A stretch of 52,240 bases of DNA, from positions 1 through 52,240 of the forward strand of contig JAZUPL010000059.1 of the NCBI GenBank assembly GCA_045605175.1. Direction: 5' to 3'. Within the stretch, counting starts at the first letter, position 1; each line of letters starts with the position of its first letter. The notes below the pieces were generated by a model that made no database searches, was not told the origin of the DNA, and saw only the letters and a program-made list of their open reading frames with translations. Positions 10,347-20,530 of the stretch are shown here, in pieces. Made by a program: the position numbers and the translations under genes. The DNA is from Eubacteriales bacterium. Lineage in GTDB: Bacteria; Bacillota; Clostridia; Oscillospirales; CAG-272.

Positions 10347-10543
10347 CTCATAGCCCTATAAAAAAATACACTTTTCCGTTTTTTGATGTTACAACCTGCA
10401 TTTTTTTGTGTCATCGGCTTTTTTCCTGCATATCTTTGGTCTGCCTATGTTTTCGCACTATATAGTTCGTACAAAAGGCGAAGAAGTAAAAAAATAAGTT
10501 GATTTATTCGGTGCGTTTTTGTGAATAATCACACAAAAACTAT

Positions 10544-12706
10544 TTATTTTTTCCCCTTTTTAGGTGTGGATTTTCTATTTGAACCCGAGGTTGCATTTTT
10601 TCTTTTTTTCTGCCCCGAATTATCCCCACCTGTTCTCTTTCTTCGAAGAGAATCCGACATACCTGCCGCCTCACGACTGATTCGCACCGCATCCTCGCCA
10701 AATACGCGCTCAAGTTTGCTCTTTTTTGGCTTAGATCTGTCAAAGATAGGCTGATAGTAGGTTTTCTTCGCTCCGCTTGTCGAGGTCTTTGCTCCGGACG
10801 AAGAGGACCTTCCTCTTTTTTTACCACCACGGGAAGAAGACGAAGCATTTTTCTTAGGATAGTAGCGAGAATCCCCACCCTGTCCAAAAGCAGGGCGAAC
10901 AAGACAGCCTGGGGCTGTTCCTATCAAGTCCTCTCTGCCCGCAAGACGAAGTGCCTCACGCACAAGGTTTGCATTTTCAGGACGGGAAAACTGAAGTAAT
11001 GCTCGTTGCAATTGCTTTTCGTGGTAATCCGTGGTTACAGCAACCGTCTTACCGTTCATAGGATTTATTCCCGTATAATACATTACGGTAGAAATTGTTC
11101 CCGGAGTAGGATAGAAGTCCTGCACCTGCTCGGGGGAGTAACCCCATTCTTTGAGCCAAAGCGCCATATTAACCGCATCCTTCATCGTCGTGCCAGGGTG
11201 ACTCGACATAAGGTAAGGAACGAGGTATTGTTCCATTCCCGCCTCCTCACTTATCTTGAAGAACTTGCGCTTGAACTCTTCAAACACCTCCACGGGTGGC
11301 TTACCCATCATAGTAAGCGCCCCAATCGAACAATGTTCAGGGGCAACCTTCAACTGTCCGGAGGTATGATGTGTAACCAACTGCCTAAAGAAGGTATCAT
11401 CCTTATCATATAATAAGTAGTCAAATCTGATTCCCGAGCGGACGAACACTCGCTTCACTCCGGGGAGCGCCTCTATTTGCCTTAACATATCGGCATATTC
11501 GGTGTGATCCACCTCCAAATGTTTACACGGGGTGGGGGCAAGGCACTTTTTACCAGGGCAAACGCCGTGCTCCGCCTGACGAGAGCAGGAGGGGTAACGG
11601 AAGTTTGCAGTGGGGCCTCCCACGTCATTTATATAGCCCTTGAAGTCGGGCATTGAAGTAATAATCTCTGCCTCTTTGATAACCGAATCCACACTTCGGG
11701 AACGCACCTCTCTACCCTGATGAAAGGCAATAGCGCAGAAGTTACAAGCGCCAAAGCAGCCCCTGTTGTGGGTTATCGAATGCTTTACCTCGGTTATTGC
11801 AGGAACACCACCAAGGTCAATGTAGTCAGGGTGATAATCCCTTGCATAAGGAAGAGCATATACACGGTCAAGCTCCTCTCGTGTAAGAGGGGGCATAGGC
11901 GGGTTTTGCACGAGCATCTTGTCGCCGTAATATTCTATAATAGCCTTTCCGTGTACCGAATCGGCATTTTTATACTGAATACCAAAAGCACGAGCATAAA
12001 GGGGCTTGTCCTCTTTGAGGTCATCAAAATCGCCAACCTCTATACTCTCAAAGTGAACACTATCACCTTTTTTCGCAAGAAATACAGTACCACGCACGTC
12101 GCGAATTTTCTTTATAGGAACCCCCTTGTCCAGCAGTCTTGCTATACGTGTCAAGGTGTTCTCGCCCATTCCGTAGGAAATAATATCGGCACGCGAGTCA
12201 ACGAGAATACTGCGTCTGACTCTATCATCCCAGTAGTCATAGTGGGCAAAACGGCGTAGCGATGCCTCAAGTCCGCCAATTATGATAGGAACATCTCCGT
12301 ATGCCTCACGGATACGGTTGCAATACACTATCACGGCACGGTCGGGGCGAATCCCCATTTTTCCACCGGGGGAATAGTAATCATAGGAACGCTTTTTCTT
12401 TGATACGGTGTAATGAGCCACCATTGAATCTATATTTCCACCCGTTACCAAGAAACCAAGACGAGGGCGTCCGAACCTGCGAAAGTCATCTACCGAGCGA
12501 AAATCGGGCTGTGACAAAATTGCCACACGGAAGCCCTCTGCTTCAAGCACTCTTGATATAATTGCAACACCAAAGGATGGATGATCGACATACGCGTCAC
12601 CCGTCACATATACGAAATCAACGTCCGACCAACCACGCGTCTTGACGTCCTCGGCGTTTATGGGGAGAAAAAGTTCTCGGTTGGTGGTATGTAAATTTTT
12701 ACTCAT
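10544..12706 (-). CDS. ygiQ: YgiQ (UPF0313) family radical SAM protein
   Basis: TGDAYVDHPSFG, RGCFGACNFC (CxxxCxxC), APEH and QVQDFYPTP; basic low-complexity tail. Confidence 0.92.
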   Translation of the reverse strand: MSKNLHTTNRELFLPINAEDVKTRGWSDVDFVYVTGDAYVDHPSFGVAIISRVLEAEGFRVAILSQPDFRSVDDFRRFGRPRLGFLVTGGNIDSMVAHYTVSKKKRSYDYYSPGGKMGIRPDRAVIVYCNRIREAYGDVPIIIGGLEASLRRFAHYDYWDDRVRRSILVDSRADIISYGMGENTLTRIARLLDKGVPIKKIRDVRGTVFLAKKGDSVHFESIEVGDFDDLKEDKPLYARAFGIQYKNADSVHGKAIIEYYGDKMLVQNPPMPPLTREELDRVYALPYARDYHPDYIDLGGVPAITEVKHSITHNRGCFGACNFCAIAFHQGREVRSRSVDSVIKEAEIITSMPDFKGYINDVGGPTANFRYPSCSRQAEHGVCPGKKCLAPTPCKHLEVDHTEYADMLRQIEALPGVKRVFVRSGIRFDYLLYDKDDTFFRQLVTHHTSGQLKVAPEHCSIGALTMMGKPPVEVFEEFKRKFFKISEEAGMEQYLVPYLMSSHPGTTMKDAVNMALWLKEWGYSPEQVQDFYPTPGTISTVMYYTGINPMNGKTVAVTTDYHEKQLQRALLQFSRPENANLVREALRLAGREDLIGTAPGCLVRPAFGQGGDSRYYPKKNASSSSRGGKKRGRSSSSGAKTSTSGAKKTYYQPIFDRSKPKKSKLERVFGEDAVRISREAAGMSDSLRRKRTGGDNSGQKKRKNATSGSNRKSTPKKGKK

Positions 12707-12730
12707 ACTTCCTCACAAAGAGATAAATAA

Positions 12731-12754
12731 CACAAAGGGCGGACAACTGCCGCC
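12731..12754 (-). terminator. Putative terminator downstream of hisS
   Basis: GGGCGG/CCGCCC stem followed by TTTGTGTTATTT on the minus strand. Confidence 0.5.
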
Positions 12755-12874
12755 CGAGTGCAAATAATTGTTTACTTGTTTTCCATTTATAGATTCAGCC
12801 GTTGCTACCTCTGATATGGAAATTTACTCTACTTTTTTCAAGATCAAGGCAGGCGTGTTAAATTAACGCACAAA

Positions 12875-14116
12875 TCAGATGGAGAAACTGTCCAGTTCAA
12901 CCTCGGTCTGTGTGCTGTCGAACATATTACGAAGTTGTGCCTTTCCACTCTCAATTTCAGACTCACCAATAATTAAGGTATATGCAGCACCTATCTTGTT
13001 AGCATACTTCATTTGTGCTTTAAGGCTTCTACCGACTATGTCACACTCTACATATTTGCCAAGCGAACGAAGTCGCTCGGTTATAGCAAGTCCACGCACC
13101 GCCGCAGTCTCGCCCATAGTTGCTATATAGAGGTCGGGAGTCTTGGGTGCTATTTTATCAAGTCCAAGTTCACGAAGGGCAAGAATAAGTCTGGTTATAC
13201 CCATACCAAAGCCAATTCCCGAAAGTTTAGGCCCACCGAGCGACTCGACAAGTCCGTCATATCTACCGCCACCACAAACGGTGGACTGAGCACCTATCCC
13301 CTCCGCAATAAACTCAAATACCGCTCCTGTGTAGTAATCAAGACCTCTTACGATAGAGGGATCTATCACATAGTCAATGCCCATAGCATCAAGAGATGCA
13401 ATAAGGGTGCGGAATTTCTCCGAACAAACCTCGCAGAGGTGGTCGGTGGTCTTGGGTGCTTCTTTTGCTATCTGGTGACAGGATGGGTTTTTGCAGTCAA
13501 GGAGCCTTAGCGGATTTTTGTCAAGTCTGGTTTTACAGGTGTCGCAAAGACATTCCTTGCTCGCACCAAAGTGCTCGACAAGTTCTGAACGATATTGAGG
13601 TCGGCACTCCTTACATCCTATGGAATTTATGTGAAGTTTTACATTGGTAAGTCCGAGTCTTTTAAGAACCGAGTTTGCAAGAGCAATAGCAGTTGCATCG
13701 GCAAGAGGGCTTTCCGAGCCGAACATCTCTGTGCCAAACTGGAAAAACTCACGGCTTCTGCCCGCCTGTGGCTTTTCGTGACGGAAGCAGGATATGATGT
13801 AGTAATATTTTAGGGGCATAGGATCAGAGCATTTGCCATTCTCGATTATGGCACGTGCCACCGATGCAGTCCCCTCGGGACGCAGGGATATAGACCTCCC
13901 CTCATCCCTGTCGGCGAAGGTGTACATCTCTTTTTGAACAACGTCGGTGGTGTCGCCCACGCCCCTAACAAACAATTCGGTATTTTCAAAAGTGGGGGTG
14001 CGGATTTCACCATAGCCATACTTTTCCGCTTCCTCACGCATTATCCCCTCTATATAGCGAAACAGTGGTGTTTCATCAGGAAGAATATCCATAGTTCCTT
14101 TTATTTTTTGTATCAT
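12875..14116 (-). CDS. hisS: Histidine--tRNA ligase
   Basis: KEMYTF, LRPEGTA, FRHEKPQAGRSREFFQ, RGLDYY and GGGRYDGL. Confidence 0.97.
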   Translation of the reverse strand: MIQKIKGTMDILPDETPLFRYIEGIMREEAEKYGYGEIRTPTFENTELFVRGVGDTTDVVQKEMYTFADRDEGRSISLRPEGTASVARAIIENGKCSDPMPLKYYYIISCFRHEKPQAGRSREFFQFGTEMFGSESPLADATAIALANSVLKRLGLTNVKLHINSIGCKECRPQYRSELVEHFGASKECLCDTCKTRLDKNPLRLLDCKNPSCHQIAKEAPKTTDHLCEVCSEKFRTLIASLDAMGIDYVIDPSIVRGLDYYTGAVFEFIAEGIGAQSTVCGGGRYDGLVESLGGPKLSGIGFGMGITRLILALRELGLDKIAPKTPDLYIATMGETAAVRGLAITERLRSLGKYVECDIVGRSLKAQMKYANKIGAAYTLIIGESEIESGKAQLRNMFDSTQTEVELDSFSI

Positions 14117-14508
14117 ATTTCCTCCTTGTGTGCCTCGTCAAGAAGCATCATCAATCTCTCATCATCCTTGATGTAGTATAGCATTCCTATAACGGCCTCA
14201 AAGCCTGTTGCAGTACGATAATCCGACACGGATGCTCTCTTAGGCTTGTTCAGGTGCCCTGAATTTGCAGCACGGCGAAAAACGTCCCTCTCGTCCTCGA
14301 GCAACATATGCTCTATACGTCTATACATTTGTGCCTGCGCCTCGGCTGTAATATATTTAAGTGCCTCGCGATTAAGATCGCCCGATTTTGAAAGTCCCAG
14401 GCGAACAAGTCGCTCTCTTACATATAGCGAGTGCATAGAGTCGCCAAGATAGGCAAGCGCCAAAACGCTCGGCAAAGAAGTCCCTATTGTTTTTTCGTGC
14501 ATAGACAC
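14113..14508 (-). CDS. mrnC: Mini-ribonuclease III
   Basis: LAYLGD, AEAQA and YRTATGFEAVIGMLY; about 130 aa with no dsRBD. Confidence 0.92.
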   Translation of the reverse strand: MSMHEKTIGTSLPSVLALAYLGDSMHSLYVRERLVRLGLSKSGDLNREALKYITAEAQAQMYRRIEHMLLEDERDVFRRAANSGHLNKPKRASVSDYRTATGFEAVIGMLYYIKDDERLMMLLDEAHKEEI

Positions 14509-15528
14509 CTACCTGTATTTATCATAAATGACAGCGAGGGCTACCTCGATTTCATCAAGTTGCTTTTCTATTTGCTCACGAAGCTCTTTTACTTCCGCTT
14601 CAATAATCTGGGCGGTTTTTACATATATCTGCCTGTTTTTAAGCCCAAATGCCACATCTTGAGCCGTGCAAAGCCCTTCTTTTGCCCACCCATCAATAGC
14701 CTCAATCATTTTGTTAAAGGATGTGACTAAAGAATCATTGCTCAAATCAAGATTGGTATCTGCATTTTTTCCATCAAGGTCAATGGTAAAGCAGGCACAA
14801 CCGCCATATTGCATAAGTTCCGCCATAAAGAATCTTTGCATATTATCGGCACGCCAACCAACCGCCCCCGGGTGGAATAATTCGCTATCCACAGTCTTGT
14901 CAATGCGGGGTGTCTGCTCCTCCGCATTGTGTATAACGTGCAGGAAGCCCTCTTGTAGTATAAAATCATCAAGTTTTGGTGAATAACTACCTGGACGGCA
15001 AGCCAATGTATCCGGAGTTTGTATCCCAAGAGTCGCAAGTCTTTGCCGAACATCAACAAGAAATGCACTTAGTTCATCTTCGCCGCTTCCCTCAAAGAGT
15101 AATGCCAAAGACCACCCGTCGGATAGCAGATCGTCTAATTGCTGGATGGTTATACATCCCTCATCCCCCGGCAGAGTATCTGCCGTAAGACATAGAGTCC
15201 CCTTCACCACACTGGTTTTTTGTGCAATAGAGGGGTAGATGTCGGTGAATATTTCGCTCTGTACTCCGAGGAAAAGAAGTGTAATATTCGAGTTTGGTAT
15301 ATCCTCATGCTTCTCTTTTATCAAGTCCTCTGCGTGGGTGTACTGCTGGCTTAATTGTGAACGCTGTTTAATTAACGGCTCTATTTCATTCTCGTAGGCC
15401 CTCTTTTGCTCTGCATCTTTAATAATCACAACCGCACTGTATGCTATGACACCTATCAAAGCACAAAGAACAAGAAAAATAGAGATGCCAATAATAACAT
15501 TACGCTTGGTAATACGAATATTGAACAT
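14509..15528 (-). CDS. Membrane-anchored protein with a degenerate polysaccharide deacetylase-like domain and coiled coils
   Basis: N-terminal TM; ITIQQLDDLLSDGWSLAL resembles the CE4/NodB motif, but FDDG and the His motifs are missing. Confidence 0.55.
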   Translation of the reverse strand: MFNIRITKRNVIIGISIFLVLCALIGVIAYSAVVIIKDAEQKRAYENEIEPLIKQRSQLSQQYTHAEDLIKEKHEDIPNSNITLLFLGVQSEIFTDIYPSIAQKTSVVKGTLCLTADTLPGDEGCITIQQLDDLLSDGWSLALLFEGSGEDELSAFLVDVRQRLATLGIQTPDTLACRPGSYSPKLDDFILQEGFLHVIHNAEEQTPRIDKTVDSELFHPGAVGWRADNMQRFFMAELMQYGGCACFTIDLDGKNADTNLDLSNDSLVTSFNKMIEAIDGWAKEGLCTAQDVAFGLKNRQIYVKTAQIIEAEVKELREQIEKQLDEIEVALAVIYDKYR

Positions 15529-15557
15529 TATAATACCCCATATTAAAATATATAATT

Positions 15558-15586
15558 ATTATAATATAGCCGCAGTCTTTTGTCAA
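15558..15586 (-). promoter_or_regulatory. sigmaA promoter for the 15528-mrnC-hisS operon
   Basis: TTGACA-17 bp-TATAAT, perfect consensus on the minus strand. Confidence 0.8.
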
Positions 15587-15759
15587 GCAATTATATTATC
15601 AAGGTGCATATTTTAGAAAAATAGCCCTCTATGCAATCCATTATAAGAAAATATTTTAGAAATCTATACTTTTTACTTGCAATATTTTGTTCGAACTGAT
15701 ATAATAGGAATATAGCATATTTTCTTGTGCTTTCTATACACCGTTTATTGGAGGTTGGC

Positions 15760-16458
15760 TTGTTGGAAGGTCGATTTGGATATATTAAAGACAACTATAA
15801 CCGCCTCACGGAGGATATTTTAACCATAAGTGAAAAACTTGGCAGAAAGGTAACCCTTCTTCCCGTAACCAAAAGCGGCACGGATGAGGAGCTCGTCGCT
15901 CTGTGCCAACTCGGTGTCACGGCGATAGGTGAGAACCGTCCGCAAGAACTTAAACGCAGGGGCGAACTTCTCCTTTCGCTTGGAATATCGGTAGAACTGC
16001 ACGAAATAGGCAATCTACAAAAAAACAAGGTTAGACAGATCATAGACTCTGTGTCCTTGATACATTCGCTTGACAGTATCGAACTGGCTCGCGAGATACA
16101 AAAGCGAGCCGAAGCAATAGGACGGGATGTTCCCGTGCTAATTGAGATAAACTCCGCAGAGGAAGAAGAAAAAAGCGGAATACTTCCCAAAAAAGCAGAA
16201 GAACTCGTAAAAGCCCTCGCAGAGTTCCCAAGGCTCAAATTATCAGGACTTATGACCATGGGGCCCGTGTGCGAAAGCAGTGAAGATATCCGCCCCTATT
16301 TCAGCCTGACACGTAGGCTATTCGAGGATTTTGGAGAAAGATACGGATATTTCGGCGATGGCATACTGTCTATGGGCATGTCGGACAGTTATAAGGTGGC
16401 AATAGAGGAGGGCTCGACGCTTGTCAGAGTCGGCTCTATGCTTTTCCGCAAACCCTAA
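15760..16458 (+). CDS. yggS: PLP homeostasis protein YggS/YlmE
   Basis: VTK, GENRPQE, IGNLQKNKV, GLMTM and LSMGMSDSY..AIEEGST; start is probably TTG 15760 or 15763 after GGAGG. Confidence 0.93.
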   Translation: MLEGRFGYIKDNYNRLTEDILTISEKLGRKVTLLPVTKSGTDEELVALCQLGVTAIGENRPQELKRRGELLLSLGISVELHEIGNLQKNKVRQIIDSVSLIHSLDSIELAREIQKRAEAIGRDVPVLIEINSAEEEEKSGILPKKAEELVKALAEFPRLKLSGLMTMGPVCESSEDIRPYFSLTRRLFEDFGERYGYFGDGILSMGMSDSYKVAIEEGSTLVRVGSMLFRKP

Positions 16459-16493
16459 TATAACTTTTAACCATATCGAAAGGAGAATATATC

Positions 16494-16904
16494 ATGTTTG
16501 AAAAATTATGGGAGTCATTCAAGAAAAAAGATCCCCCAGAGGAAGAAATACAGTTCAAGACAGTAGATCCTGCCGAGGAGATTCCTGTTATCGCGGCACC
16601 GGAAGAGCCCGCACCGATAGTCGAGGAAGAACCCACCCCCGTAGTTGTACCAGAGAATATTGGAGGTGGTATGGAATTCAAGGTGGTACGCCCAGAGTCC
16701 TTCGGCGAGGTCAGCAACATTGCGAATAATCTTCTTGCGGGATGCACCGTTGTTCTTAACACCGAGGTGCTTGATCGCCCAACCATTACAAGAATGCTTG
16801 ATTTTATAAACGGTGTTACATACTGTTTGGGTGGCGAAATTAAAAAGGTTGCCCCCGGCACATTTATTGTAACCCCCAGCAGTGATATAGGCATTACCGA
16901 CTAA
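16494..16904 (+). CDS. sepF: Cell division protein SepF
   Basis: PESFGEV..IA, RMLDFINGVTY and FIVTP; follows yggS. Confidence 0.9.
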   Translation: MFEKLWESFKKKDPPEEEIQFKTVDPAEEIPVIAAPEEPAPIVEEEPTPVVVPENIGGGMEFKVVRPESFGEVSNIANNLLAGCTVVLNTEVLDRPTITRMLDFINGVTYCLGGEIKKVAPGTFIVTPSSDIGITD

Positions 16905-16973
16905 AAGAACACCCTCGTCACATCACCGTTTTTCTTGTGCGAGGGTATTTTGTTGTTCAGAAAGAAGAATAAA

Positions 16974-17246
16974 GTGGAAGCAGTTTTTTATATTTTGGCA
17001 AAGGTGGTAGACCTTTATTTGTCACTGGCATCAATTGCACTGCTATTAAGAGTAATTTTACCCTTTTTCAAAGATGAAGAGGATGTTTTTCTTCGTCTTA
17101 GTGTAATGATATCAGAGCCGGTTATTCTCCCCTTCCGCCTTTTGCTATCAAGATTTAAATTTGTTCAGGAATCGCCCCTTGATATATCCTTCTTCGTTGG
17201 ATATATCGGGCTAAGTATTATACGGTTGTTCCTGCCAATTATTTAA
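16974..17246 (+). CDS. yggT: YggT/YlmG family membrane protein
   Basis: SEPVILPFR and LDISF motifs; synteny with yggS-sepF; start uncertain (16935 or 16974). Confidence 0.8.
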   Translation: MEAVFYILAKVVDLYLSLASIALLLRVILPFFKDEEDVFLRLSVMISEPVILPFRLLLSRFKFVQESPLDISFFVGYIGLSIIRLFLPII

Positions 17247-17256
17247 GCGAGGTAAA

Positions 17257-17823
17257 ATGGACTTGAAGAAATACATTACGAAGAAAAAGCCCTCGCAGTA
17301 CATTCTCTACACACTGATTATAGTTGTTGGAATAATTTTTGACCAATGGACGAAGGCTCTTGCTACCGAATACTTATCGGGAGTATCCACCATTCCGGTT
17401 ATCGAGGGGTTTGCTCATCTTACCTATCACACGAACCCTGGAATTGCCTTCGGTATGCTTCCCGGGGCAGGTTGGCTCTTTAACACGGTGACACTGATTG
17501 TAGTGCCTCTTTTGGCACTATACACCTACCTTTCCCCCATTAACAACCCCGTTGCAGAGGTTGCCATTCCTATGATTATAAGCGGAGGCATTGGCAACAC
17601 TATCGACCGTTTGTCACTCGGCTACGTTGTAGATTTTATCGACTTTTCTCGAATAGGCTTTAACGCAATATTCAATGTTGCCGACTCCTTTGTAACCGTG
17701 GGAGCATTTATGCTTATCGGCGTTCTCGTCTTTGAGTTAATAAAGGAGATACAAAAAGAGCGAGAGGCAAAGAAAGCAAACAGTAGTTTACAAGACAAAA
17801 CCGACGGCGAGGAGGAAAAATAA
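17257..17823 (+). CDS. lspA: Lipoprotein signal peptidase II
   Basis: DQWTK, NPGIAFG, GGIGNTIDR, VVDFI and FNVAD. Confidence 0.95.
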   Translation: MDLKKYITKKKPSQYILYTLIIVVGIIFDQWTKALATEYLSGVSTIPVIEGFAHLTYHTNPGIAFGMLPGAGWLFNTVTLIVVPLLALYTYLSPINNPVAEVAIPMIISGGIGNTIDRLSLGYVVDFIDFSRIGFNAIFNVADSFVTVGAFMLIGVLVFELIKEIQKEREAKKANSSLQDKTDGEEEK

Positions 17824-18758
17824 TGCTTTACTCCCCCGAAAAATGTGACACGGGTAAGCGTCTTGACCTATATGTAAGCGAAGTTCTTGGGGTTTCCCGT
17901 TCGCGCGCTGCAAAGATTATTGAAGACGGGGATGTGAGTGTCCTCGGAAGACAGCGAGAGAAAAAATACGCCATAAAGGACGGCGACACCGTCGAGATTG
18001 TCGAAAGAGAGGCAAAGGAAATAGAGGCGGTGGCAGAGGATATACCTCTTGACATTGTCTATGAGGATTCCGACCTTATTGTTATTAACAAGCCCGAGGG
18101 TATGGTGGTACACCCTGCCCCCGGAAACTATACAGGAACTTTAGTTAATGCACTGCTCTATCACTGCAAGGACAGCCTGTCGGGAATTGGCGGTGTTTTG
18201 CGCCCGGGAATAGTTCACCGAATAGACAAGGACACCTCGGGGCTTCTGGTGGTTGCAAAAAATGATGCGACACACATAGCCCTGTCAAGCGAACTTGCCT
18301 ACCACGGAATAGAGCGTGAGTATCACGCCCTTGTCAGGGGTGGTTTTAAGGAAGTGCGAGGAACGGTTGATTTGCCTATTGGCAGACATCCCGTTGACCG
18401 TAAGAAAATGGCAGTGCGAATTGGCGACGCATCTGCAAGAGAAGCGATAACTCACTATGAGATGCTCCAGTCTTTTGGTGCGGTCAGTTATTTAAGGCTT
18501 AATCTTGAAACTGGAAGAACGCATCAAATTCGCGTACATATGTCGCACACAGGTCACGCCTTGCTTGGCGACGAGGTGTATGCAAGCAATAAAATTCCTT
18601 TTGAAAAGCAACACGCCCCCCTACTTCACGGACAAGCCCTGCACGCAAAGAAACTCACATTTACCCACCCCGCCACGGGTGAACGAATGACCTTTGAGTG
18701 TGACTTGCCTGACAATTTTATCCGTCTTTTAGAAATACTAAGAAATCAACAGATATAA
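17823..18758 (+). CDS. rluD: RluA/RluD family pseudouridine synthase
   Basis: S4 domain; NKPEGMVVHP, VHRIDKDTSG and LETGRTHQIRVH. Confidence 0.92.
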   Translation: MLYSPEKCDTGKRLDLYVSEVLGVSRSRAAKIIEDGDVSVLGRQREKKYAIKDGDTVEIVEREAKEIEAVAEDIPLDIVYEDSDLIVINKPEGMVVHPAPGNYTGTLVNALLYHCKDSLSGIGGVLRPGIVHRIDKDTSGLLVVAKNDATHIALSSELAYHGIEREYHALVRGGFKEVRGTVDLPIGRHPVDRKKMAVRIGDASAREAITHYEMLQSFGAVSYLRLNLETGRTHQIRVHMSHTGHALLGDEVYASNKIPFEKQHAPLLHGQALHAKKLTFTHPATGERMTFECDLPDNFIRLLEILRNQQI

Positions 18759-18775
18759 GTTTAAATGGCATAACG

Positions 18776-18809
18776 AAAGCCCGACCAAAAAGGTCGGGCT
18801 ATTTGCTTT
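18776..18809. terminator. Bidirectional terminator between convergent operons
   Basis: AGCCCGACC-AAAAA-GGTCGGGCT. Confidence 0.75.
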
Positions 18810-18830
18810 CTATTTAATATACAATATGGA

Positions 18831-19727
18831 TTAAAGCACCTTGGATAAGAATTCTGCCAGGCGCTGGTTTTTAGGGTTGCCAAAGAGTTCTGTCGGGCTT
18901 CCCTCCTCAGTGATAACCCCCTCGTTGATGAAAAGAACACGATCCGCCACTTCTCTGGCAAAGCCCATTTCATGGGTTACAATAACCATTGTCATACCCT
19001 CTTCGGCAAGGCTCTTCATCAAATCAAGCACCTCGCCGACCATTTCGGGGTCAAGGGCACTGGTAGGCTCGTCAAACAGTATCACCTCGGGGTCCATAGC
19101 AAGGGCGCGAATTATAGCAACTCTCTGCTTTTGTCCACCCGAAAGTTTTGAGGGGTATTCGTCTGCCTTATCTGCAAGACCTATTCGTTCAAGCAGTTCC
19201 ATAGCCCTTTTCTCTGCTTCTTCTTTTGTCTTTAATTTTAGTTCGACGGGAACAAGGGTGAGGTTTTGCAAAACCGTCTTATTGTTGAAAAGGTTGAAAT
19301 GCTGGAACACCATTCCCATTTTTCTGCGGGCAAGATTTATGTCAAGTTTGTACTGCTCTCTTATAGACTTCAAAGCCTTATTATAATCAAATCCCTGGAA
19401 TCCGCGAAGAAGCCTGTCGGTCTTAATTCTCTCAATCACCGATTCGGGCGTTGCGCCTTCCTCGCTTATCAGTTTTTTATAGATATTTGATGACTTTATA
19501 AGTTCGGGGTACATGTAGGGGTCGGGCTCGCTTATCAGATTCTCATCCAACCAAATTTCGCCTCTTGTGGGAACTTCAAGCAGGTTCATACAACGGAGCA
19601 ACGTGCTCTTGCCACTGCCCGACGGTCCTATTATAGCGACTACCTCGCCGTCCTGTATATCACAACTAACGCCCAATAAAACGTCCAGGTCGTCAAAGGA
19701 TTTATAAACATTCTTAACGCTTATCAC
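18831..19727 (-). CDS. Polar amino acid ABC transporter ATP-binding protein (GlnQ/ArtR-like) with an internal insertion
   Basis: [31 protein letters not shown] and VTHEMGFA. Confidence 0.93.
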   Translation of the reverse strand: MISVKNVYKSFDDLDVLLGVSCDIQDGEVVAIIGPSGSGKSTLLRCMNLLEVPTRGEIWLDENLISEPDPYMYPELIKSSNIYKKLISEEGATPESVIERIKTDRLLRGFQGFDYNKALKSIREQYKLDINLARRKMGMVFQHFNLFNNKTVLQNLTLVPVELKLKTKEEAEKRAMELLERIGLADKADEYPSKLSGGQKQRVAIIRALAMDPEVILFDEPTSALDPEMVGEVLDLMKSLAEEGMTMVIVTHEMGFAREVADRVLFINEGVITEEGSPTELFGNPKNQRLAEFLSKVL

Positions 19728-20427
19728 CGGCTCTCAACCTCTTTTCTATTTTCTTTATACCGAAAGTGAGCAGATAGACTATCGCCAGATAGAAGCAGGC
19801 AGCCACCGACATAGGAACTATGTAACTCGCCATATTATTTCCTGCTCCAATAACCTTTGCCGCCTGAGTAAGGTCATACATACCTATCATGCTTACTATT
19901 GACGTTTCTTTTATCAGGGCTATAAGTTCGTTACCTATTGCGGGAATAACGTTCTTTATTGCCTGGGGAATTACTATCTTCATCATGGTAGTGCCTCCGG
20001 GAAGTCCCAAAGCGCGTCCAGCCTCGGTCTGCCCGATATCAACAGAAAGGATACCACCCCTGATGCTCTCAGAGACGTATGCCCCCGAATTTATACCAAA
20101 AGCAATTATCGCAATTATCTCCTGGGGGAAGCCGCGAATGGCAAATATAGCATAAGCCATTATAAATAGTTGCAAAGCCATAGGCGTGCCACGAATTACG
20201 GTGACGTAAATGTTACAAATAATCTTCGGCACTTTGAGCCACGGCGTGTCCTCGGCAATTCCAACTATGGCTACGAGCGTACCAAGCACAAGTCCCAGAA
20301 GAGCCGCAAACACCGATACAAGAAGCGTGGTAAACAAGCCCTCAAAGAGCATTCCCATATACTTTGCACTGGTCAAAAGCGTACCAATACTTTCAAAAAA
20401 ACTCATTATATACTCCATTATTCCCAC
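19714..20427 (-). CDS. Polar amino acid ABC transporter permease
   Basis: [29 protein letters not shown] and LIKETS. Confidence 0.93.
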   Translation of the reverse strand: MGIMEYIMSFFESIGTLLTSAKYMGMLFEGLFTTLLVSVFAALLGLVLGTLVAIVGIAEDTPWLKVPKIICNIYVTVIRGTPMALQLFIMAYAIFAIRGFPQEIIAIIAFGINSGAYVSESIRGGILSVDIGQTEAGRALGLPGGTTMMKIVIPQAIKNVIPAIGNELIALIKETSIVSMIGMYDLTQAAKVIGAGNNMASYIVPMSVAACFYLAIVYLLTFGIKKIEKRLRAGDKR

Positions 20428-20530
20428 TTTGGGGAAGTTATAAAAAACCTCTAAATGTGCGAAAAAGAACTCGCCATACGGCCAAGTTCTTTTCCGAAAT
20501 GTATCAAACGGTTATTCGGGATAGAAGGAA

